Positions 1-8,700 of a DNA stretch of 64,000 nucleotides are shown here, in pieces (the first letter of the stretch is position 1; each line of letters opens with the position of its first letter). Both the position numbers and the translations under genes were made by a program. The stretch is taken from the NCBI GenBank assembly GCA_963806855.1, contig CAWDYW010000003.1, positions 32,001 to 96,000 on the forward strand, read 5' to 3'. Source of the DNA: an uncultured Verrucomicrobiae bacterium. GTDB lineage: Bacteria > Chlamydiota > Chlamydiia > Chlamydiales > Rhabdochlamydiaceae. The notes below the pieces were generated by a model that was given only the letters and a program-made list of their open reading frames with translations, was not told where the DNA came from and did no database searches.

Positions 1-1037
1 ATTACCCCATCGCCAAAGGGTTCATAGCTTTTTTCTAACCTTGTTTCTGTGAGGACCACTTCGCCCCGGATGATTTTGATGTCGAGTCTTTCTTCCCGTT
101 TGGCCTCATCTTCCCCATATTCGCGGAGAACGGTCAGGGTGACAGGGGTCCCTTTGGGGCCTCGGATCAGTTCAACAGCTTCGATGATATCCATCCCGAC
201 GACGGGCTCATTGTTGACAGCGATGATCTTATCGTTTACTCGCATCGCATTGCCATCTTTTGCTGGCCCCCCTTCGAGAAGCCGGACGATAGTAAAGCCA
301 TTGAGATCATCCCGTAGCTGGGCCCCAATTCCAAAGAGCCGTTGCTGGACTTGGATCATGAATTGGTTGGCTTCTGCTGGGGTAAAGTAAGCTGTCTGGG
401 AGTCGAGTGCGCAGCTGACCGATTTTAGGACGAATGCCAGAGCCAGTTTTTGCCTTGTTTTCTGTGATTCGGTAATCAGCTCCTCTTCGTGCTTGAGCCG
501 TCGTTTTTCAAGGCGGAGCATGAATTGGCTTTTGATCTCCTGATCGAATTTTTCAGCGGCATCGATTTGGAGAGCGCGAATGGAGAGGATCCGGTTTGTC
601 AGCGCCTCTTCGCTTTCAGCCCACTCAAGATCCTTAAAATCAGAGGCTTTGACATCTTTTGGCAGAGAGGCGCCCGCGATACGCTTTTCAATTGCATTGC
701 GCCGCTCAATTGCGGGGAGGATTGCCTCATGGATCGCCTCAAAATTGGAGAAATTCTCCTTCTTCATATTGGCCAAAGTTTCTAAAAGGAGAGCTTGGCT
801 TGGACTCGTCCAAGCTTGTACCTCTTCTTTTAAAAAATATGTTTTACCCGGATCGATTTCTTCCAGATAATTGATGAAGGCCCTGGCGATTAATTCGGAG
901 GTCAACTCATGATGACTAACGTGAGCTTTCAGAATCTCCTCGATTTTGACACGGGTATCCTTGGGGCTGAGTTGTGGGGGTTTAGAAGCCGCCGTCAAAA
1001 AAAGTAATAGGGCTAAGGCTATGATACGTAGGAACAT
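1..1037 (-). CDS. tsp: Tail-specific protease (S41, PDZ), 5' part; truncated by the window edge
   Basis: Read manually from ATG at 1037: MFLRIIALALLLFLTAASKPPQLSPKDTRVKIEEILKAH...; contains LDSQTAYFTP, GIGAQLRDDLNG, a PDZ segment and YEPFGDGV, typical of chlamydial Tsp/CT441. Confidence 0.9.
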   Translation of the reverse strand, partial: MFLRIIALALLLFLTAASKPPQLSPKDTRVKIEEILKAHVSHHELTSELIARAFINYLEEIDPGKTYFLKEEVQAWTSPSQALLLETLANMKKENFSNFEAIHEAILPAIERRNAIEKRIAGASLPKDVKASDFKDLEWAESEEALTNRILSIRALQIDAAEKFDQEIKSQFMLRLEKRRLKHEEELITESQKTRQKLALAFVLKSVSCALDSQTAYFTPAEANQFMIQVQQRLFGIGAQLRDDLNGFTIVRLLEGGPAKDGNAMRVNDKIIAVNNEPVVGMDIIEAVELIRGPKGTPVTLTVLREYGEDEAKREERLDIKIIRGEVVLTETRLEKSYEPFGDGV

Positions 1038-1306
1038 AGAACCACCATAATGTTGATTTGATTGGAGCATAATCTATAATGGGGTTTGTGACTATGAAAA
1101 AAAATCATTAGTCGAAAATTTTTTTCTCCGCTTTTCAAAACCTACATGTTTTTGTAACATGCTTATAATCAGGTTGATAAGCGCGCCCAGTATAATATTT
1201 TTTTCGTCAATTTGATTCTAAGTTATAGGATGTTAAGATGTTAAAATAAGTGCTTGCTTTCAATTCAATTTTATGCGAAAATAATATTCTACTTAAGGGA
1301 CTAACG

Positions 1307-1424
1307 TCCAATTTAGACTGCCTCGATTTTCGGGGTTATTTTGGCCCGTTTTTCGATTCCAATTCCTCGAATTAGAATCGTAAGTCGGCTCAAAAACCCG
1401 AAGGTCGAGGATAGTCCAAGTGGA
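1307..1424 (+). ncRNA. Predicted long RNA stem-loop upstream of euo (leader structure or sRNA)
   Basis: Paired arms TCCA/TGGA, GACTG/TAGTC, CCTCGATTTTCGGG/CCCGAAGGTCGAGG, TTTTG/CAAAA, CCG/CGG, CGATTC/GAATCG and AATTC/GAATT; most mismatches are G-U pairs on the + strand. Confidence 0.4.
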
Positions 1425-1495
1425 AAATGGATAATAATTAAAAAATAAAGGCTGTTTGAACAGTTCTCAACAGCAAAATTTGGAGGATAAATAAA

Positions 1496-1942
1496 ATGGA
1501 TCAAGGACAAATTGTGGCAGAAACATCTGCTCGTTCACAAGGCACAAGGCTAGTTTCAATTACAGAAGCTGCAAAGATTAATAATGTTACAAGACAAGCG
1601 ATCTATGTAGCGATTAAGCAAAATAAACTTAAAGCAACGAAGCATACCACTCGTTGGACCATCGATCTAGAAGATCTGGAGCAGTATCGTCGTCAGAAAT
1701 ATTCCAGAACAAAATCAATGTATGAAGGTGAGCTGCTGTTTGACAATCGCAAAGGGTTTTATTCGATTAATCAAGTGGCAAAAATGCTCGGCGTACCAGC
1801 TCAAAAAATCTACTACGCTACACGAGTTGGTCTTCTGAAAGCCTCACGTAAAGGTGCTGCTTGGGTTGTTCATGCTGATGATGTAAGAACTTACAAAGAA
1901 AACTATCTCAATAAACAAGCTGAAGCCTCTCAAGTTATCTAA
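1496..1942 (+). CDS. euo: EUO, chlamydial master repressor of late genes (double HTH)
   Basis: VSITEAAKINNVTRQAIYVAIKQ and GELLFDNRKGFYSINQVAKML closely match EUO; GGAGG RBS upstream. Confidence 0.97.
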   Translation: MDQGQIVAETSARSQGTRLVSITEAAKINNVTRQAIYVAIKQNKLKATKHTTRWTIDLEDLEQYRRQKYSRTKSMYEGELLFDNRKGFYSINQVAKMLGVPAQKIYYATRVGLLKASRKGAAWVVHADDVRTYKENYLNKQAEASQVI

Positions 1943-1965
1943 GAGGTTTTTTTTCGCATCTGTTT

Positions 1966-2010
1966 AAAACCGGGCTTGAGCTTTTTCCCCCTCAAGCCCG
2001 GTTTTTTTTT
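1966..2010 (+). terminator. Rho-independent terminator after euo
   Basis: AAAACCGGGCTTGAG-loop-CTCAAGCCCGGTTTT followed by a T run. Confidence 0.9.
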
Positions 2011-2044
2011 GAAATCAAAGACCAAGCTCAGTATATTTTGAGAT

Positions 2045-3712
2045 ATGAAGTGGGAACTGGATTCAATCTATACAGATAAGACATTTGCATCTGATCTGCA
2101 AAAAGCTAAATCATTGCTAAAACCTCATCAGGATATTAGGACGACCATTCTGCAGGCCCAAGAAGCGGGCATGATTCTTAAGGAACTGGATTCTTTTACT
2201 TCTTGTTTGATCGCACAAAATCCGGCCGACCAAAAGGCTCATGCAAAAAGTGGTGAAGTGACTCAATTGGATGCTGATTACCAGAGCGCTCTGTTTGCGC
2301 TCGGGCATCGCTTAGTTGAGATGGATAAGGGGGCATTTGAGGCTCTGCTCACAGAACTTAAGGAGATCGCCTTTTATATCACCGAGCTGCGCGATTTGGC
2401 GAAAAAGAAAGGGCCGCAGCGACAAGAAGAGATGATCAATTCTCTCTCTGCCGATGGGTATCATAGTCTGTGGGCGCTCTACCAAACCTTTACTGGCAAG
2501 ATCAAAATCGGCGGCCTTTCGGTTGGGCAAGCGCAAAATTTGATGGGCGAGGGCGATCGGAGTGTGCGGCTAAAGGCTTTCAAAGATTGGACCGAAGCTT
2601 GGAAAGAACAAGCCGATTTTCTCGCGCAGCTGCTCAACGCTCTCGCAGGATTTCGCCTTAAGGTCTATGCGACTCGCAATTGGGATGATGTGCTCCTTGA
2701 GCCTCTAATGATGAACCGAATGGAGCCTGCAACGTTTGATGCGATGTGGAAGGCGATCGTCGACGCAAAGCCGGCTTTTGTCCGCTATATGAAGCATAAA
2801 GCTAAGAAGCTGGGGCTAGAAAAACTCTCGTGGGTCGATGTCGAAGCTCCTCTTGCTCCTGTTGAAAATATCTCCTATGAGCAAGGGTGCAAAATCATCC
2901 TTGAGCAATTTGAAAAATTTCACCCGAGGATGGCCCAGTTTGCCAAGATGGCCCTTGATAAACAGTGGGTTGAAGCTGAAGATCGAACTGGAAAAGCGGC
3001 CGGGGGATTTTGTGTCGGCTTTCCAAAATCAAAGCAAAGTCGCATTTTCATGACCTATAAAGGGTCGCCTACCAATGTGGCTACTCTCGCTCACGAGCTG
3101 GGACATGCCTATCATAATTTATGCATTGAGCATTTGCCTTTCTTCCACCAACAGATTCAAATGAATGTCGCTGAGACTGCGTCGACCTTTGCAGAGATGG
3201 TGGTCATCGACCAGACGATTGCAGCTGCGAAAACGGCTCAAGAAAGGGAGCAGCTGCTCGACGATAAGTTGCAGCGGAGCATCGCCTATTTCATGAATTT
3301 GCATGCCCGCCTGATCTTCGAAAGGGCCTTCTATTCTGAAAGGAAGAAGGGGTATGTCTCAGCAGAAAGATTATGCGAGCTCACGGAGGCGGCGCAAAGA
3401 GAGGCATATTGCGATGAACTCTCCGATTGGGATCCCTATTTTTGGGCGTGGAAGCTCCACTTCTTTTTCACCTCTTATCCATTCTATAATTTCCCCTATA
3501 CCTTTGGATACCTCATGAGCAATGGCCTTTATGCCATGGCCAAGAAGGACCCCAAATTTGGCGAGAAATTCGATGCTTTCTTAACTGATACCGCGCAGAT
3601 GCCGGTTGAAGAATTGGCGAGAAAACATTTGAATGTCGACTTGACTAAGCCCGATTTTTGGAAAAATTCGTTAGATATTCTAGTTAAGGATGTTACGGCC
3701 TTTATGTCCTGA
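2045..3712 (+). CDS. pepF: M3B oligoendopeptidase F
   Basis: HELGH zinc motif, AETAS, GKAAGGFC and FYNFPYTFG motifs. Confidence 0.92.
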   Translation: MKWELDSIYTDKTFASDLQKAKSLLKPHQDIRTTILQAQEAGMILKELDSFTSCLIAQNPADQKAHAKSGEVTQLDADYQSALFALGHRLVEMDKGAFEALLTELKEIAFYITELRDLAKKKGPQRQEEMINSLSADGYHSLWALYQTFTGKIKIGGLSVGQAQNLMGEGDRSVRLKAFKDWTEAWKEQADFLAQLLNALAGFRLKVYATRNWDDVLLEPLMMNRMEPATFDAMWKAIVDAKPAFVRYMKHKAKKLGLEKLSWVDVEAPLAPVENISYEQGCKIILEQFEKFHPRMAQFAKMALDKQWVEAEDRTGKAAGGFCVGFPKSKQSRIFMTYKGSPTNVATLAHELGHAYHNLCIEHLPFFHQQIQMNVAETASTFAEMVVIDQTIAAAKTAQEREQLLDDKLQRSIAYFMNLHARLIFERAFYSERKKGYVSAERLCELTEAAQREAYCDELSDWDPYFWAWKLHFFFTSYPFYNFPYTFGYLMSNGLYAMAKKDPKFGEKFDAFLTDTAQMPVEELARKHLNVDLTKPDFWKNSLDILVKDVTAFMS

Positions 3713-3773
3713 CTTTTTTGCAAGCAATTGCAGAAAAGTCAAGACTTTTTCGCAATGGCGTGCAAAAAAGTCA
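3710..3773. terminator. 64-bp palindrome filling the pepF/recJ convergent gap; probable bidirectional terminator
   Basis: TGACTTTTTTGCA...TGCAAAAAAGTCA outer arms with inner ATTGC/GCAAT and AAAAGTC/GACTTTT. Confidence 0.65.
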
Positions 3774-5516
3774 ATCTTCTAAGACCTTGAAGTCGCGCAC
3801 TTGCAACTGGATGCTCGCCTTGTTCAAGAAGGTGTTGATCTGGGGAGTGAAGGCAACGCGCAACAATAAATCTTTTCTCAATAATTGAGGGCGCCGCTTG
3901 GCCATGTTGAAGCCTATTCCTTCGAGCATCCGCTCTTTTTGCTCTAGATAAAACTTGAGGTGGGTTTTGCCGACAATTTTAGGCGGCCAGGCTTGGCGCG
4001 CATCGGCGTAGAAAACCGGTGGGGGATTTTCGTTTCCGAAGGGCTCGAGGAGATTGAGCGACTCCATGAAATCGAAGGTGAGTTCGCTGAAGTCGATTTT
4101 GGCGTCGAGTTGCAGTTTCGACTGGATATCTTGCTCGCGTAGCTTTTGATCGGCAGCGGCGATGAACTGCTTCTTGAAGGCTTCGATATTTTCATGTTTG
4201 ATGGTCAGGCCTGCTGCGTAATCGTGCCCGCCGAAGTTCTCGAGCAGATGGGCATTTTCTCGCAGGATCGGGAGAATCGGGAATTCAGGAATGGTCCGGA
4301 TCGAGCCTTTACCAAGCCCTTTGTCGATCGCGATGATGACCGTGGGGCGATTGTATTGTTTGGCGATTCGGGCGGTGATAATGGGGATAATGCCAGGGTG
4401 CCATTTATCGGAGTAAAGGAGGATCGCTCGGTGTTTAAAAATTTGGGGGTGTTTGATGATATATTGCTCGACATCTTCCGAATCTTTTCTTTCGATCCGT
4501 TGCCGTTCGATATTGTTCAAATCGAGCTCGTTCGCGAGGATTCCAGCATCGATTGGATCTTGGATGAGAAGGAGTTCTACCCCTTTATTAGGATCGGCGA
4601 TGCGGCCTAAGCTGTTGAGTCGCGGCGCCACTTTTGAGGCGATGATCGGCGGGGAGATTTCAGAAGGATTCACTTCACAGACGCCTAAAAGTTTGGTGAG
4701 CCCTATCCTCTTTCCAAGATGCATTTGTCTGAGGCCATAGCGGACGAGAATCCGATTTTCGCCCAGGAGCGATCCCATGTCGGCGACTGTGCCCAATGCG
4801 ACAAGGTCTAAGTAGCGCTTCAGATCGATTTTGCTCGGGCTCATTTCACCGCTAGTGATGAGGGTGTTGGTGATTCCATGGGCAAGTTTAAAGGCAACGC
4901 CTACGCCGGTCAAATCGCGATTGGGATAGGTGCTCCCTTTGAGTTTCGGATTGAGGGTGGCGATGCAGTGGGGGAGCTGATCTGTCGGCTCATGGTGGTC
5001 GGTCACAATGACATCGACCCCTTTATTGACAGCTTGCTCGATCTCTTCAGCAGCGGTAATGCCGCAATCGACGGTGATGAGGAGTGTACAATGATTTTTT
5101 TGCGCATACTCGAGCGCATCGATCATGAGGGATTGGTTTAGGGAGGTGCGGTTGGGAATGTAGGCGAGGGCCTTGCAGCCAACGTAATTGAGAAATTCGG
5201 TCAGAAGGGTTGCGCCGGTGATCCCATCGACATCGTTATCGCCATAGATAAGGACTGATTCCCCAGTTTTTCGGGCGGCCAGGACCCTATCGACCGCTTT
5301 GCCCATATCAGGTAATAGATTGGGGTCAATCAAATTAGGGAGCTTGGCATAGAGGTATCCGTGGATTTGGTCAAAATTGGTAAATCCGCGTGACACAAGA
5401 ACCTGTGCAGTGACAGGGTGGATGTTGAGCTCATTGATAATCGAGTAGTTCCAAGCGGAATCTACCGGTGGATATATCCATAGGGACTCTTCTTCCTGTG
5501 GTTGCAATGATTGCAT
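3771..5516 (-). CDS. recJ: ssDNA-specific exonuclease RecJ
   Basis: DNDVDG, TVDCG, TDHH, LGTVAD and FGGHDYAAG DHH-family motifs; syntenic with euo and secDF. Confidence 0.97.
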   Translation of the reverse strand: MQSLQPQEEESLWIYPPVDSAWNYSIINELNIHPVTAQVLVSRGFTNFDQIHGYLYAKLPNLIDPNLLPDMGKAVDRVLAARKTGESVLIYGDNDVDGITGATLLTEFLNYVGCKALAYIPNRTSLNQSLMIDALEYAQKNHCTLLITVDCGITAAEEIEQAVNKGVDVIVTDHHEPTDQLPHCIATLNPKLKGSTYPNRDLTGVGVAFKLAHGITNTLITSGEMSPSKIDLKRYLDLVALGTVADMGSLLGENRILVRYGLRQMHLGKRIGLTKLLGVCEVNPSEISPPIIASKVAPRLNSLGRIADPNKGVELLLIQDPIDAGILANELDLNNIERQRIERKDSEDVEQYIIKHPQIFKHRAILLYSDKWHPGIIPIITARIAKQYNRPTVIIAIDKGLGKGSIRTIPEFPILPILRENAHLLENFGGHDYAAGLTIKHENIEAFKKQFIAAADQKLREQDIQSKLQLDAKIDFSELTFDFMESLNLLEPFGNENPPPVFYADARQAWPPKIVGKTHLKFYLEQKERMLEGIGFNMAKRRPQLLRKDLLLRVAFTPQINTFLNKASIQLQVRDFKVLED

Positions 5517-5629
5517 GTTACGTAATACCCCGAGGAAATCCGATCGCGCGGACGTAAGGTGAAGCTAACGAATTTAAAAAATTCTGTAAGCAATGGGATT
5601 TCCTCTTTTTTAGTTAATAATAGCTTTTT

Positions 5630-5733
5630 TGTACCACTATTCGCAATTTAAAGCAAATTTGAGAATGGGGCCATTCGCAAAATGGCCCCAGGAATTTATA
5701 CCCGTTCCGTTTCAAAGACACCCTAAAGGATCG
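5630..5733. repeat. Composite of two partial palindromic elements directly downstream of secDF
   Basis: 5697-5730 TATACCCGTTCCGTTTCAAAGACACCCTAAAGGA matches the copies at 16283, 16452(rc) and 24756; preceded by hairpin TGGGGCCATT/AATGGCCCCA. Confidence 0.75.
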
Positions 5734-5735
5734 GT

Positions 5736-8700
5736 CTACTCGTGCACGATTTCGACAGTTGTGGGTTTCTGCTTCCCTTGCCGCGCATGGAAGAAATTGA
5801 GTAGTGGTGCGGCGATGAAGAGGGAGGACAAAGTTCCAAAAACAACTCCGACGATCATGACCAAGGAGAAGGCAAAAATGGTGCTTCCTCCCATCGCGAC
5901 GAGGGGAAGGAGAACCAGTAAGGTAGTTCCCGAGGTCATGGTTGTGCGGCTGAGTGTCACATTTAAGGCATGGTTGACGACTTCAATAAACGATGCCTTG
6001 CGCATGAATTTTACATCTTCTCGGATACGGTCGAACACGATGATGGTATCGTTTAGCGAGTATCCGACGATGGTCATGAGCGCTGCAATTGTATTGAGGT
6101 CGATCTGCATCGGCAGTCCGAGATAGTTCAAGATCGAGATCGAGGCGAGGGTGATCAGAATATCGTGAACTAAACACAGGGTTGCCGAAATAGCGTATTT
6201 AAATTCAAAGCGGAAGGTGATGTAGAGCAGGATCGCGATAACGGCGATTGCTAATCCGATCAGGGCGCTATTGCGCATCGAATCAGAGAGCTGTCCGCTT
6301 ATTTCGCTCCAATTTTGGTCGAGGTTAGCTAAGCTGTCTGGTGATATAACAAGCCCTTGGGCGGCTAAGCTTTGGACAACCCAGAGGATGCGGGGGTTGT
6401 TTTCAAATTGGTGCTTAACGTTCTTCCCGTCCATTTGCAAAGGCATGCCGAAGAAGGGGTGTCCATCTTGCTGCATGTTTTTGCTTAGGAAGAGGCGGAT
6501 GTGATTGAGCGGGGTCAGCTGCCGAACTTGGAAGTCTTGGGCAGAGGCACCTTTGGCAATCAGCGCTTTTTCGACAGCTTCGCGATAATTGAAATTGGCT
6601 TTTTGCTCTAACTCGACAGTGAGTGAATACCCTCCTGTAAAATCCATGCCCATGATCGTATGGCGCTGCTGAACGAACAGGGCCGCTCCGATGAGCACGA
6701 TGATTCCTGAGGCAAGGAATGCTGTCTTTGCATGCTTGAGGAAGTTGAAATTAACTGCATTGATCAGTTTCGACATGCTCAGTTTTGTATTTTTGGGATT
6801 CTGTACCCAACCGGTAAAGTAAAAACGGGTCATGAAGAGCGCAGTGAACATCGAGGAGACAATACCGATGATCAAAGACATCGCGAATCCTTTAATCGGA
6901 CCAGAATCAAATTGGAGGAGGATGAGCGCTGCGATGATCGTGGTGAGGTTGGAGTCGAGAATCGCCGAGAAGGCTTTTTCATAGCCTGCGAATATTGCAG
7001 AGCCAATTTTCCCGGTGAGGGCAAATTCTTCCCGTATCCGTTCAAAAATCAGAACGTTCGCATCGACTGCCATTCCGAGTGTGAGGATCGCACCGGCGAT
7101 TGTCGCCAAGGTCAAGGTGGCACCGAGGTTTTGTAAGATTGCCCACATGATCAGGAGGTTGACAATCACGGCAACGGATGCAACAAGGCCTGCGAAACGG
7201 TAGTATGCGATCATGCAGATGACAACGAGGGCAAGAGAAATGCAAGTTGCCATGATGCTGAAGGTCCGCTCTTTGGCTCCGAGTTCGGGGCTCACGTTCT
7301 TCTCAGAGAGAATGTGGGGGGTGAAGGAGAGGGATCCAGCTTTCAAATCGGCTTCAAGTTGGTTGACTTCTCGCTGTGTAAAGTTTCCTTCAATTCTGCA
7401 CCCTTCCCGAATTGAGGCTGTCAAATTGGGAGCAGTGATAATCGTTCCATTGAGGACCACGGCCATGCGCCAACCCTCGTTTGCTGAGAAGACCGCATTG
7501 GGTGTTCCGGTAATTTTATCTTTTGAGAATTGGGAGGTCCAGGCATAAAGATCGTCGCGAGGGTTGATTTTCTCACCTGATTTCAGCGCTTCTTTCCCTT
7601 GGATTTCAAAATTGAGGAAGTTCCCTTTATTGGGGTCATAACCGGCTTGGACATTTTTTAAGTTAGACCCTTCAAGAGCAAAATTGCGGAAAACGACGAC
7701 CAGAGGATGGGTTTTCCCATGCCACTCGGTAAAATCCTGTCCCCGTGTGATCGCAATTTTAGAAATAGCATCATTGAAGAGATTATTTGCGGTGTGATCA
7801 TTCGGGCTGGCGAGCCGCAGTCCATTTTCATGGAGGAGGCGGGCCGCATTGCTTCGAGGTTGAATCACTTCAGGATCGAGAGAATCCCCATGGAGATGTC
7901 TCCAGGCGATTTGATTGATTTCATCCGCGCTTTTGCGCCCAGTCACTACGGCTTCATTCCAGATTTCTTGAAGGAACTGCTCGGAGGCTTGGCCCAAATG
8001 GGGGTTGCGCTCATTGAATTTTTCATTGACCAAATGGAAATACATGGTCGAGGCTTTGATCAATTCTGAGGCGGAGAGGCTTTGTGAGCCAGGGAAGTCG
8101 AGGGTAATGCAGTTGCCTTCGCGGCGGATGCTCACCTCGGAGACGCCCATTTTATTGACCCGTTCATACAGCTCATTGATCCCCTGCCTGATTGCTTCGT
8201 CATCAGTGACGAGCTGATTTGTCTGATCGCGCAGCTGAATTTGCACTGTTTTACCGCCAGAAAGATCAAGTCCCCAGTTGAGGATTTTGCGGTCGTCGCC
8301 TGCAAAATACTTTGCGCTGCTGAGTTTCAAATTGTCCATCAGAACGCTGCGTGTCGGTTTGGGGACATCGTAGGGGGAAGAGCCAGCGATTTTGAGTTGG
8401 GATGCTCGGTAGTTATCGCGCCATTTCAAGAGATCTTCGTGCTGCTGATTGGCAATTTTATTTTTCGTGAGAATGCGCTGCCCCACATTTGTGAATTCCA
8501 AAATGGCATACCGCTTTGTGCCATGAACAGTAAAATCTTCACGTGTGGCATTGATGACTGGGAGATAAAAATCCTCGGCCTCAAAGATGAAGTCGTTAAC
8601 AAAGTCGGTATTGCTAGCCAGTGTGGAACCAGGGTAGCCAAAGAGACCATTCTGTTGCAGCAAAGTTTTTAAGGCATTGAAGTCCTGGAAAAATTGGCGC

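Noticed and set aside
1307..1424. SRP RNA or 6S RNA identity for the euo-upstream rod
   Set aside because: Lacks the SRP GGAA-loop domain IV motif, and is shorter than 6S with no clear central bubble; left unassigned.
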